Positions 1 through 9,626 of a DNA stretch of 64,000 nucleotides are shown piece by piece. The stretch comes from a virus: the IMG/VR virus record IMGVR_UViG_3300009703_001822. One strand, written 5' to 3'. Position 1 is the first letter of the stretch. Each line of letters opens with the position of its first letter. The notes beneath the pieces are model-generated. The model had not been told where the DNA came from and did not search any database. It saw only the letters and a program-made list of their open reading frames with translations. Made by a program: the position numbers and the translations under genes.

Positions 1-1
1 T

Positions 2-166
2 ACCTATTGGGGTAAGAAAAGAAATAATTCTTACTACAATAGACACCGTAACTATATGACACCCGAGGAACATTTTAGACATAATTTTCCTTGTGGTTCA
101 GAGTGGGGTTATGGATGTGGGAAATTAATTGAAAAATTAAAGGACCCAAATTTCAGTTTTAAATAA
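2..166 (+). CDS. 3' end of a hypothetical protein truncated by the window edge
   Basis: Open frame TYWGKKRNN...KDPNFSFK ending TAA at 164-166, followed by the AAGGAG RBS of the next gene. Confidence 0.6.
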   Translation, partial: TYWGKKRNNSYYNRHRNYMTPEEHFRHNFPCGSEWGYGCGKLIEKLKDPNFSFK

Positions 167-174
167 GGAGTGAT

Positions 175-1722
175 GTGAAATTTAATATGAAACGGAAGTA
201 TGTCGTAATACTAGGCATACTTTTTTTATCTTTGATGGCCACGGAAGCAGTAGGAGAAGAGATAGAAGAAATAATAGTAGTAGGAGCTAATGAAACATTT
301 GCTTCATCACAACCAGAGTATGATAATTCAGTACTAGAAGCGGTAAATGTTTTTAGTGTATATCAGGCTGGGGGACGAGGAGGTTTTGCAGCAGTTTCTA
401 GCAATGGAACAGATGTAAAACATACAGCAGTTTATAGAAACGGAATACCAGTAAACGATCCAGGAGGTGGTTGGTTTGATTTTGGAACTGAGCTGCCTAC
501 CTTCCAAGACTTTACTATCATATCAGGATCTAATAGTGTATTGTTCGGCAGTTCAGCAATGGCAGGAACAGTACTTATGGAGGACACATTCTCCCCACAC
601 TTTTTTACTAAAGTAGGCAGTAATAGGTATTTAATATCTGGTGGTAATGAATATGTACAATTATCATCTTACAAAGGTTCCGATGGCTCTGCACGAACAG
701 ACAACAATGAGAAAGATTGGTTTGAAAATACAACACTAAAAACTAATTACCAGGCAGGTGATTGGAAATTTGTATCTGTATATCAGGATTATACTTATGA
801 TTATGACAACTGTTGGTTTGGAGTTGACGGTAATGATTGTGTACAAGAGGGTGAGAAAGTTGATATGTCAATTAGAAATAGTTGGCTCACAGTAGGCTAT
901 GGACAAAATGATATTGAACATAATACAGGTTGGGAAGCTAAAAGCAAAAGATATTTTGTAGATGCTAATGAAGAAATTTTACCTGGATTAATTGTAGGTG
1001 CACAAGCACACAGACAAGAGTATAATGAATATTGGTATCAGCATTATGCTACCTATGTAAATTATTCTACAGAAAACCATAGCATTGGTTGGAGAGTAGA
1101 AAACGACGATCATGTAATTAGATATGGTTATGAGAAAGATCAATTTAGATTTTCAGTAGGTAACAGTATTAGAATGCCTAATCTATATGAAAGGTATGGT
1201 GATGATTGGGTTGCAGCTAATCCAGATATAAAAGCAGAAAAGGGTAAAGGTATTACAATAGGATATGGTTTCTTTTCAGCATTTTATTATGACTTCTCAG
1301 AAAGTATAGATTTTGATATGAACACTTATGGTTATGTCAACTCAGGAGGATATGAATCCAAAGGAATTAGTTTTCAAAGGCATTATCTATATGATGTAGG
1401 TGCTTTTCATATATCAACTTCATATACTGATACAGATCAAATTAGAGCTGCCAAATACCAAACAAAAGTATCTTGGTTCAGTACAATACAAGGCTGGGAC
1501 TATCTGATATCATATGTAGGACAATACGACAGAGGTAATGACTTTGACGGAACACCTATTGATGATGTATCAACCTTTGATTTTAATATAGGATACTATC
1601 CAAAGCCAGGATTGCGTTTTGCAGTCGAGATTAGGGACATTTTGAACAGGAAATTCGAGATTTTACCCTATTATGGCGCTGGTGGAAGGGAAATAAATCT
1701 CACCTTACACCTAAGTTATTGA
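175..1722 (+). CDS. TonB-dependent outer-membrane receptor, BtuB-like
   Basis: Signal peptide, TonB-box-like EEIIVVG, plug motifs HTAVYRNGIPVND and SVLFGSSAMAGTV, aromatic beta-strands, C-terminal GREINLTLHLSY ending in an aromatic residue. Confidence 0.8.
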   Translation: MKFNMKRKYVVILGILFLSLMATEAVGEEIEEIIVVGANETFASSQPEYDNSVLEAVNVFSVYQAGGRGGFAAVSSNGTDVKHTAVYRNGIPVNDPGGGWFDFGTELPTFQDFTIISGSNSVLFGSSAMAGTVLMEDTFSPHFFTKVGSNRYLISGGNEYVQLSSYKGSDGSARTDNNEKDWFENTTLKTNYQAGDWKFVSVYQDYTYDYDNCWFGVDGNDCVQEGEKVDMSIRNSWLTVGYGQNDIEHNTGWEAKSKRYFVDANEEILPGLIVGAQAHRQEYNEYWYQHYATYVNYSTENHSIGWRVENDDHVIRYGYEKDQFRFSVGNSIRMPNLYERYGDDWVAANPDIKAEKGKGITIGYGFFSAFYYDFSESIDFDMNTYGYVNSGGYESKGISFQRHYLYDVGAFHISTSYTDTDQIRAAKYQTKVSWFSTIQGWDYLISYVGQYDRGNDFDGTPIDDVSTFDFNIGYYPKPGLRFAVEIRDILNRKFEILPYYGAGGREINLTLHLSY

Positions 1723-1743
1723 AATAAATAATAAAAAGATTTA

Positions 1744-1820
1744 AAAAAATGCTTGACTCTTGGTTCGCCAGAGTGCATAATGTATGTATATTAAATAAAA
1801 AGTGAGGACTTTATAATATG
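1744..1820 (+). repeat. Promoter+RBS cassette, near-identical to 4356-4433
   Basis: AAAAAATGCTTGACTCTTGGTTCGCCAGAGTGCATAAT...GTATATTAAATAA...AAAGTGAGGACTT(T)ATAATATG occurs at both sites. Confidence 0.9.
1753..1781 (+). promoter_or_regulatory. sigma70-type early promoter
   Basis: TTGACT-17 bp-CATAAT preceded by an A-tract. Confidence 0.85.
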
Positions 1821-4337
1821 CCAAACCAAATAGAAGTAAAATCAGTATTAGCGAAACTACTAGCGACAGAGGATATTGACATTGTTCATGATGCCAAAGC
1901 TCCAACTGCAGCATTTGATGTAAAGAATCGTAAACTGTATTTACCTGTTTGGAAAAACATGTCTAACTCCATGTACGATTTATTCATCGGACATGAAGTA
2001 GGACATGCACATGAAACTCCTGAAGAAGGATGGCATGATGCGGTTATTGATAACCCTTCACTAAAAGCATTCTACAATATTATAGAAGACGCTAGGATTG
2101 AAAGAAAAGTAAAAGAAAGATATCCTGGTCTTGTTAAGTCATTCCACAGAGGTTACCAAGAATTATTCGACAAAGACTTTTTTGGTGTTAAGAATAGAGA
2201 CTTAACTACACTTCCATTCGTTGACAGAGTAAACTTACACTTCAAGATTGGACACTTACTAGGTCTTAAATTTACAGAAACAGAACAAACTTTCCTAGAC
2301 AGAGTTTCTAAAACAGAAACATGGAACGATGTTAAAGAACTAGCACATGAGTTAGCAGACATTTCCAAGAAAGAAGCTGAGGAAAGAGCAGACGAATTAG
2401 AGCCACTCCAACAGATGTTAGATGACTTGATGTCAGATATGGATCAAGCAGAATCCGAGACACCTGATTGGAATAACTACATGCCAGATCATATGAAAGA
2501 AGATGAGGAGTCAGAAGATGACGGAGAAGGCGAAGGTGAAGGCGAAGGTGAAGGTGAAGCTCAAGAAGATGACACCAAAGATGAATACGGAAATCCAAAA
2601 CCAGGAACACCAGGTGGTGGTCAAGGTGAGGATGAAACAGATGAAGACTACACCGAGCGTAAGCAAAAAGAATGGGACGCAGAACAGAAAAAATGGGAAG
2701 AAGATCGTAAGCGTAGACAAGCAGAATACGACGCAGAACAAAAAGCTCGTGAACTGTTTGAAGAAGATGTAGCTAAGAACGAAGAAAAGAAATTAGAATT
2801 ATCAGAAGCTATTGAAGAAGTTGAAAAGATGCATGGCTTCCTAGACGGCGAAGGCCAAAAGTCAATTACAGATGACGCTTTCAGAGATAACGAAAAGTCA
2901 CTTGTTGATACAGACGCTCAAGAAATTGTTTACCTTAAGCAACAGAAGTTGCACAAGGCAAGCGAGTGGATTGTTCCAATGAACGAACTATATAATTGGG
3001 ACGAGTGCATAGAGATACAAGGACATACAGATGATGGTTACTTCGATTACGATAAGCCAATGCCTAAGGACTTGATGATAGCAGAAGGTAAGAAAATGTA
3101 TAAAACATTCTTATCCAACACTCAACCAATCATTAACTCAATGGCACAGACTTTCGAGATGAAGAAGGCAGCACAGGCTAACAAGAAAGCACAGATTGCC
3201 AAGACAGGTAAGTTGAATGAGGACAGACTTTGGGCTTACCAATTGACTGAAGACTTATTCCAAAAGAACATGATTGTTCCTAACGGTAAGAACCATGGTA
3301 TCATAATGTATGTTGATTTATCAGGTAGCATGAACAGACAGATGCCTGGTACACTAGAACAGATGATGAATATGGCATTGTTCTGCAGAAAGGTTAACAT
3401 TCCATTTGATGTATATGGTTTCTCAAATTGCAGATATGGTGAGAGACATCCTACTCCTTGGAGTGAGAACAAAGACATGAACAGAAGTATCTTAGAGGGT
3501 CTTGAAGACGGCGAAATGGTAATTACAGATTCTAACTTTGCTCTTGTCCACATGCTAAGCTCTACTTGTAAGAAGTCAGACTTTGATAACGCAATGGCAT
3601 ACTTATTACTAATGAAGTTAGGTTATGAGAACAGAGGTTACTGGAGTGAAGGATTGTATGGTTACATACAGAACGATTACTTTAGACTAGGTGGTACTCC
3701 ACTTAACTCAGCTCTTATTCTAGCTCCACAGATTGCCAAAGAGTTCCAGAAGACTTACAATGTAGAGAAGTTGACTACGGTATTCCTAACAGACGGTGGC
3801 GCTACAGACTCTATTACATACAGAGACTCAACCAGAGAACACAGAGCAGTAGCTAGTGTATATGGTGAGCCAATAGCTATTAAGCACCAAGGCAGCACTA
3901 CACAGCTCCCTAATAAGAAAGGATACAGCCGTAGAGATGGTGTTACTACATTGACCCTTGTAGAGTTCTACAAGAACATCACAGGCAGTACTCTTATTAA
4001 CTTCCACATAGTAGACGGCAAGCGTGATAACTTCTACAGCGAGTATGTATCCACAGACTGGATGGAAGGCAAAGAGCCAGCTCACTATGTAACAAATGAA
4101 TTCATGGACGGTACTTGGAAAGAAGTACTTAAGAACAAATTTACAGTCGTAGAACCAGCATTTGGATACGACGCTAGGTTCCTACTCAAAGGACAAAAGG
4201 ATCTAGAGATAAAGAACGAAGAATTGGAAGTAAAATCCAACAAAAAAGGCGATTTATTGAGAGGATTCAAGAAGTTTTCTAAAGGAAAAAGCACTTCTAG
4301 AACTTTCCTTAATCAAATCATAGAGTTAGTAGCATAA
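1818..4337 (+). CDS. CobT-like metallopeptidase/VWA-domain protein
   Basis: HEVGH zincin motif, NIIEDARIE, acidic linker with GE repeats, VWA MIDAS DLSGS and FLTDG; adjacent to a CobS-like ATPase as in T4-like phages. Confidence 0.85.
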   Translation: MPNQIEVKSVLAKLLATEDIDIVHDAKAPTAAFDVKNRKLYLPVWKNMSNSMYDLFIGHEVGHAHETPEEGWHDAVIDNPSLKAFYNIIEDARIERKVKERYPGLVKSFHRGYQELFDKDFFGVKNRDLTTLPFVDRVNLHFKIGHLLGLKFTETEQTFLDRVSKTETWNDVKELAHELADISKKEAEERADELEPLQQMLDDLMSDMDQAESETPDWNNYMPDHMKEDEESEDDGEGEGEGEGEGEAQEDDTKDEYGNPKPGTPGGGQGEDETDEDYTERKQKEWDAEQKKWEEDRKRRQAEYDAEQKARELFEEDVAKNEEKKLELSEAIEEVEKMHGFLDGEGQKSITDDAFRDNEKSLVDTDAQEIVYLKQQKLHKASEWIVPMNELYNWDECIEIQGHTDDGYFDYDKPMPKDLMIAEGKKMYKTFLSNTQPIINSMAQTFEMKKAAQANKKAQIAKTGKLNEDRLWAYQLTEDLFQKNMIVPNGKNHGIIMYVDLSGSMNRQMPGTLEQMMNMALFCRKVNIPFDVYGFSNCRYGERHPTPWSENKDMNRSILEGLEDGEMVITDSNFALVHMLSSTCKKSDFDNAMAYLLLMKLGYENRGYWSEGLYGYIQNDYFRLGGTPLNSALILAPQIAKEFQKTYNVEKLTTVFLTDGGATDSITYRDSTREHRAVASVYGEPIAIKHQGSTTQLPNKKGYSRRDGVTTLTLVEFYKNITGSTLINFHIVDGKRDNFYSEYVSTDWMEGKEPAHYVTNEFMDGTWKEVLKNKFTVVEPAFGYDARFLLKGQKDLEIKNEELEVKSNKKGDLLRGFKKFSKGKSTSRTFLNQIIELVA

Positions 4338-4364
4338 AAATGTTGAAATCTTTTGAAAAAATGC

Positions 4365-4393
4365 TTGACTCTTGGTTCGCCAGAGTGCATAAT
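4365..4393 (+). promoter_or_regulatory. sigma70-type early promoter
   Basis: TTGACT-17 bp-CATAAT, identical to 1753-1781. Confidence 0.85.
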
Positions 4394-4430
4394 AACGGTA
4401 TATTAAATAATAAAAGTGAGGACTTATAAT

Positions 4431-5615
4431 ATGAAAGCAATTGATAGAGAAAACTTAATCCAGGCGTTACAGTCACAGGACAACGGCACTGGAGTTTTTA
4501 CCCGTAAACAAATCATTGAAACTGCCAAGTCAATTGGCTTAGGTTTCCCAGCTTGGTTGGTTAACGGAAAACCAGAAGTCAAAGTAGACAGAGGTGTCTA
4601 TAACCTGACTTCAATGTTTGGAGGCCAAGTGGCTAACGCACAACCAATTGAACCAGCAACACAGCAGGTTCCATTGGCGGTTGTTGAAACACAACCTAGA
4701 GAATTGGTACAGGCACAACTAAGAGTTGATGTCGAGAATCTAGTTCCTGAGAAGGACGCTACATTCGTTCCATTTGGCTTTTACAAAGACTTGAAAAAAG
4801 TTTTAAGCTCAAGTATGTTTTACCCAATATTCATTTCAGGCTTATCAGGTAATGGTAAGACCACAATGGTAGAACAGGTTTGTGCTAATCTTAAGCGTGA
4901 AGCTATAAGAGTAAATATTAGTATTGAAACTGATGAGGATGATTTAATCGGTGGCAATACATTAGTTGACGGTAATGTCGTCTACAGAGAAGGGCCCGTC
5001 CTCACCGCGATGAAGCGGGGCGCTGTTCTCATACTTGATGAAGTGGATAGGGGTTCGAACAAGTTGATGTGCTTACAAGCCATCCTTGAGGGGAAGCCTT
5101 ACTTCAACAAGAAGACTGGCGAAACCGTAACTCCTGCTCCTGGATTTAACTTAGTAGCAACAGCTAACACTAAGGGTCGAGGATCAGATGATGGCAAATT
5201 TATTTCAGCCAACATACTCGACGAGGCATTCCTAGAAAGGTTTGCAATCACAGTTGAGCAGGAGTACCCTACATTAGCTACCGAGAAAAAGATAGTGATC
5301 AAGAAGATGGAAAAGGTCAATAACATTGACGAAGACTTCGCGACACACCTTGTTACTTGGAGTGATGTTATTCGTAAAACTTATTACGAGGGTGCAATCG
5401 ACGAACTTATTTCAACAAGAAGGTTGGAGCATATTGTAAATGCGTTTGCCGTGTTTGGTGACAAGCAAAAGGCAGTTCAACTTTGTGTTAATAGGTTCGA
5501 CGAAGACACAAAAGAGGCATTCATAGACTTGTATGCCAAAGTTGATCCTAGTGTAGAACTAGCAGAGTCAACTGAAGAAACTGAACAGGAGATACACGAA
5601 GATGGCGAAAGCTAA
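4431..5615 (+). CDS. cobS: CobS-like MoxR-family AAA+ ATPase
   Basis: Walker A GLSGNGKT, Walker B LILDEVD, ATANTKGRG, LDEAFLERF; ATG 4431 follows the GTGAGG RBS. Confidence 0.9.
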   Translation: MKAIDRENLIQALQSQDNGTGVFTRKQIIETAKSIGLGFPAWLVNGKPEVKVDRGVYNLTSMFGGQVANAQPIEPATQQVPLAVVETQPRELVQAQLRVDVENLVPEKDATFVPFGFYKDLKKVLSSSMFYPIFISGLSGNGKTTMVEQVCANLKREAIRVNISIETDEDDLIGGNTLVDGNVVYREGPVLTAMKRGAVLILDEVDRGSNKLMCLQAILEGKPYFNKKTGETVTPAPGFNLVATANTKGRGSDDGKFISANILDEAFLERFAITVEQEYPTLATEKKIVIKKMEKVNNIDEDFATHLVTWSDVIRKTYYEGAIDELISTRRLEHIVNAFAVFGDKQKAVQLCVNRFDEDTKEAFIDLYAKVDPSVELAESTEETEQEIHEDGES

Positions 5616-5910
5616 AAGTCCTCAGTATAAGTTCAACGAAGGAGCTCTCATAGAAGAGCTCCGTCGTTATATCGACGCCACTTATACAGGACATTATAGT
5701 CGAAACAATTTCCAATCCACAGAATTCATTAGTGATTGTGGCCACGGTATAGGATTTGCAATAGGCAATATTCTAAAGTATGCACAACGATATGGTAGGA
5801 AGGGCAATCCTGAGGACCATAGAAAGGACCTACAAAAGGTTTTGCATTATGCCATTATTGCACTTAATGAACACGACAAGAGTACTACAAAGCACTATCT
5901 AGAAGACTAA
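5602..5910 (+). CDS. DUF3310-like protein (T7 gp1.7-like family)
   Basis: HY...GFAIGNILKYAQRYGRKG...DLQKVLHY signature. Confidence 0.7.
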   Translation: MAKAKSPQYKFNEGALIEELRRYIDATYTGHYSRNNFQSTEFISDCGHGIGFAIGNILKYAQRYGRKGNPEDHRKDLQKVLHYAIIALNEHDKSTTKHYLED

Positions 5911-5921
5911 TAAATACTGGT

Positions 5922-7478
5922 ATGAGAGGAATCATACTAGGATGTCTACAAGCAAATCCAGGCTGGCAAGGACCACTAGGTCTAATGAACCCAGACTGGA
6001 TTAACCTTAAAAGATCAGGAGGCGCACACAAGATTGCAACCTACATGCGTAGCGAAGGATGGGATATTGAAGTCCTGGATTATTGGCTGGCGTTTACTGA
6101 TGAAGAGTTCAAAGAATTTTGCCGTTCAAGAATAACAAATGATACAAAGTTCATAGGTGTTAGTGTAACCTTTGGATATAAAGGAAACATTCTTAAAAGA
6201 GCACAAGATAATCTTACATGGTTAAAACAAACCTATCCAGATATCATGATCGTTGCAGGATCAAAAGCACTGGTTGATACTATGGCCTTACCATGTGATT
6301 ATTACATAACAGGTTATGGAGAGTTTGGTTTAATAAAACTCTTACAGGGAGAGGCAAAAGTAATAGAGTGTATGGGTAAACAGGTTGTATTATCAGACAC
6401 ATATCACCCTTGTTTCCCTAGTAAGGACCTTGTAGTAAACTATGAGGACAGAGACTTTATACAACCCTCAGACAACCTCACATTAGAACTCTCCCGTGGG
6501 TGTAAGTTTAAATGTAAGTTCTGTTCATACAATGCAATAGGTATGAGAGGAGACTTAACTAGGGACATGAGTACATTACATGGAGAGATGTTAGAAAATT
6601 ATGAGAGATGGGGTGTAACGAGTTATCATGTAGCAGACGAAACAACAAATGATAATCAGGAAAAAATAAAACTAGCAGGACAGGAGATACAAAGATTACC
6701 TTTCATGCCTAATCTTACAGGTTTTGTTAGAGCAGATTTAATTGCAAGAAGGCCAGAGGATAAAGTTTATTTAGCTGAGATGGGATTCTGGGCTCACTAC
6801 TATGGCATAGAAACTTTTAATCAAGATGCAGGAAGAGTAGTAGGTAAAGGTATAAATCCTGAAGAACTAAAAGCAGGATTATTAGAAGTAAAAGATTATT
6901 TTAAAAAGCATTGCGGTAGATACAGATCAACGGCAAGTTTAATATTAGGATTGCCATATGAAACAACAGAGAGCCTCTATGATGGTTTAACCTGGTACAG
7001 AAGTAATATGCCTGAGGAGAACTTAATACTTCAACCATTGTTTATTAATAAACATGTTGATCCTAACTTAGGAACATCATCAGAGTTTGCAAGGACATGG
7101 AGAGAAGGTAAACACTTTCATTCCGAAGCTCCCAGAGAAGAATTTACACAAGAAGAATTAGATTTATTTGACGGCAACCCTTTAACATTACAATATTTAA
7201 AAAGATTACATGACGGTCCTCATTGGGTAAACTGGAGTCATGATACATTTACTTGGAAGTCAGCAATATTAGAGTTAGGCAAATTTATATTAAAAGATGG
7301 GTATAACTATAACAATAATAGAATAATGACATGGGATTTATTTAACTTTGTGACGCCTGGAACATATAATTGGGACAATGTTTTGGACCTTACGATTGTT
7401 AATTATGATTGGAAAAAACTAGCATCTGATACAGATGAATACCTCCAAAATTACAAAAATTCCAAATTGGGCTTATAA
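5922..7478 (+). CDS. Cobalamin-binding-type radical SAM enzyme (paralog 1)
   Basis: ELSRGCKFKCKFC CxxxCxxC motif, N-terminal B12-binding-like Rossmann (IGVSVTF...IVAG), VADET, GIETF, ILGLPYET. Confidence 0.85.
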   Translation: MRGIILGCLQANPGWQGPLGLMNPDWINLKRSGGAHKIATYMRSEGWDIEVLDYWLAFTDEEFKEFCRSRITNDTKFIGVSVTFGYKGNILKRAQDNLTWLKQTYPDIMIVAGSKALVDTMALPCDYYITGYGEFGLIKLLQGEAKVIECMGKQVVLSDTYHPCFPSKDLVVNYEDRDFIQPSDNLTLELSRGCKFKCKFCSYNAIGMRGDLTRDMSTLHGEMLENYERWGVTSYHVADETTNDNQEKIKLAGQEIQRLPFMPNLTGFVRADLIARRPEDKVYLAEMGFWAHYYGIETFNQDAGRVVGKGINPEELKAGLLEVKDYFKKHCGRYRSTASLILGLPYETTESLYDGLTWYRSNMPEENLILQPLFINKHVDPNLGTSSEFARTWREGKHFHSEAPREEFTQEELDLFDGNPLTLQYLKRLHDGPHWVNWSHDTFTWKSAILELGKFILKDGYNYNNNRIMTWDLFNFVTPGTYNWDNVLDLTIVNYDWKKLASDTDEYLQNYKNSKLGL

Positions 7479-7490
7479 ATAATATAAATA
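7474..7490 (+). promoter_or_regulatory. Tandem T4-type late promoters
   Basis: TATAAATA at 7474-7481 and 7483-7490. Confidence 0.75.
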
Positions 7491-7513
7491 GTAAACAAGA
7501 TTGGAGAACAATA

Positions 7514-7840
7514 ATGGCATATACAGTAACATGGACACTTACTAGACCTGACGAGTCAACAACTATCCCTACGATAGATAGTGTTTCTGGTACCAACAAA
7601 GCAGCTAGTGATAATATACTAGCTAGTCATGGTGTGTCTAAGACTTATCAAGTCGACGGGTTAACAACTAGAGTAATTTATGAGGCAGCAGATAAGGCAA
7701 CTTACGATACCGCTAAAGCAGAAGTAGATGCTATTTCTGATGAAGCTACAGTTAAATCACAACTAAAGACTCAAATGGAAGCAGCAGGTATAGCTCTTTC
7801 GGTTGTGGATTCTGATGGTACTAACATAGCAAGTTTCTAA
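7514..7840 (+). CDS. Hypothetical late protein
   Basis: GGAG RBS, 108 aa Ala/Thr/Ser-rich, downstream of late promoters. Confidence 0.7.
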   Translation: MAYTVTWTLTRPDESTTIPTIDSVSGTNKAASDNILASHGVSKTYQVDGLTTRVIYEAADKATYDTAKAEVDAISDEATVKSQLKTQMEAAGIALSVVDSDGTNIASF

Positions 7841-7857
7841 AACAACAGGTTTATATT

Positions 7858-8616
7858 ATGAATTTTGGTGAGAGAATAACTTACGAACTAGACAATCATG
7901 TCGCCGTTTTAACGATAAATGGCGTCGGTCCACTCAACTTAATAGACAGACCTTTTTATCAAGGTTACAACGACGCCCTAGTAGAATTCAGAGAAGATGA
8001 TTCTAGAGTTCTACTTATCAAGTCAGGAAATAAACATCACTTTACAGCAGGTTTTGAAGTAGACACAATTATTGATGCTTTGAAAACAGGATACGGCAAT
8101 ACAATTACAGACAATGATATGGTTACATCTAAACCTATTGTATCAGCAGTCAAAGGTTTTTGTATTGGAGAAGGTGTAGGTGTAATGTTAGCAAGTGATT
8201 TTGTATTCGCAGATAAAACATTAAAAATATCTTGTCCTGAAACTAAATTAGGTTTCAATGCAGTTACAATGCAGGTTAAATTCGCTCAAAGAATTGGACA
8301 CAATAGAACAATGGAATTTATGATGGGAGACTTACATGGTGCTGATTGGTTAGATAAAGTAGGATTATGTACAAAGATATGTGATGGAGATGCTGACGAA
8401 CAAGCATTAGCATATGCACATAAGATTGCTAATAACAATGCACCAATTGCAGTTAGAGGAACAAAAGGTGCCATATGGCATACAGTAAACTCTCATAAGG
8501 ACGAAGCAATAGACTTTGCCTTGTGGGCAAAGGACATGACACTAGACTCTAAGGATATAGAGGAAGGCGTTGCAGCATTTTTAGAAAAAAGATCGCCTGA
8601 TTTTAAAGATGAATGA
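7858..8616 (+). CDS. Enoyl-CoA hydratase/isomerase (crotonase) family protein
   Basis: VAVLTIN, FTAGF, KPIVSAVKGFCIGEG, PETKLG, DIEEGVAAFLEKRSPDF. Confidence 0.9.
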   Translation: MNFGERITYELDNHVAVLTINGVGPLNLIDRPFYQGYNDALVEFREDDSRVLLIKSGNKHHFTAGFEVDTIIDALKTGYGNTITDNDMVTSKPIVSAVKGFCIGEGVGVMLASDFVFADKTLKISCPETKLGFNAVTMQVKFAQRIGHNRTMEFMMGDLHGADWLDKVGLCTKICDGDADEQALAYAHKIANNNAPIAVRGTKGAIWHTVNSHKDEAIDFALWAKDMTLDSKDIEEGVAAFLEKRSPDFKDE

Positions 8617-9556
8617 ACAAGATAAAAGTATAAACAGATTAAAATATCAAAAAGGTGTTGTTTCTTATGAAGGTAAATCAGGCGTGCCTTACAAATGGAT
8701 GATGCATGAGAACAAAGGCTGGTTTGAAAACGCAAAAAGAATACAAGGTGATGATTGGTATTGGGGATCTGATAAATCGCCTGAAATAACCTATGTATTA
8801 GATGATTTAGGTTTTAGAAATGATAGGAACATAGAAGAAGTAAGTAAAAATCCTAATTGGTGGTTAATAGATGGAGCATGTCCTTGTTTAGGGCCTGGAA
8901 TAGATAAAGCTCGTACTACACCTGCATTGATAGAACAATATACAGACATAAAGGTTTACGATATAAGTTTATTTGGTGTAAGGCCTGAATTTCAAATAGG
9001 TAATTTATTAGAATTATCTAAAAGATGGATTAATCCTCCTAAAAGAGTATTATTACTTCTTCCTGAAAATCCTACAGGCACTTTCCAATTGACAGACGAC
9101 GACAAAATAATGAATATAGATTATGCAGGTGCAACATTAAGAAATACACCTGAATTTAATTTTTTTAAAGACTTCGAGGAACAGAAAATATCAGAAGGAC
9201 AACATAGGTATTTTATAAAAACCACCATAAAATTATGTGAAGTTTTGAACTTACCTTTAACATGGCTTTTTGTAGGTAAAGTAGCAGATCATTCTCCTGT
9301 ACATTATATGGAGAATCAGGATATTTTATATCATGAACATGCTTCTATTATGCACTCAAATAGCAAAGATACTTATGAAGATAGAATAATGAAGATTAAA
9401 AAAGGTGCTGTTCCTCCTATGAGAAATGGTGTGAAAGCATCTGGTGTGGATATAGACGATGTGGGTAGAGATTTATTTCACCCAGGATTAAAACCACACA
9501 AACTTTTTGCTCAAAAAATATGCAATCATTTTTTAGAGACGAAAAGAAACTTTTAA
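8609..9556 (+). CDS. Hypothetical protein, SGNH-hydrolase-like
   Basis: LGFRND...DGACPCLGPG...RDLFHPG (DxxHP) pattern; usual catalytic Ser not obvious. Confidence 0.45.
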   Translation: MNEQDKSINRLKYQKGVVSYEGKSGVPYKWMMHENKGWFENAKRIQGDDWYWGSDKSPEITYVLDDLGFRNDRNIEEVSKNPNWWLIDGACPCLGPGIDKARTTPALIEQYTDIKVYDISLFGVRPEFQIGNLLELSKRWINPPKRVLLLLPENPTGTFQLTDDDKIMNIDYAGATLRNTPEFNFFKDFEEQKISEGQHRYFIKTTIKLCEVLNLPLTWLFVGKVADHSPVHYMENQDILYHEHASIMHSNSKDTYEDRIMKIKKGAVPPMRNGVKASGVDIDDVGRDLFHPGLKPHKLFAQKICNHFLETKRNF

Positions 9557-9572
9557 ATGGTCCTATAGACCA

Positions 9573-9601
9573 TTGACTTTTAGTATGAAATCACCTATAA
9601 T
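9573..9601 (+). promoter_or_regulatory. sigma70-type promoter for the gp45 operon
   Basis: TTGACT-17 bp-TATAAT, preceded by inverted repeat AATGGTC-N5-GACCATT (9556-9574). Confidence 0.8.
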
Positions 9602-9626
9602 GTATAGGTAAATTTGGAGATATATT

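Noticed and set aside
2520-2560. GAAGGY tandem repeat
   Set aside because: Encodes a GE low-complexity linker; not a CRISPR or regulatory array
1818-5615. CobT/CobS as evidence of cobalamin biosynthesis
   Set aside because: This MoxR ATPase plus VWA pair is widespread in T4-like phages, and no cobN or other cob genes are present, so it is not counted as support for the B12 hypothesis
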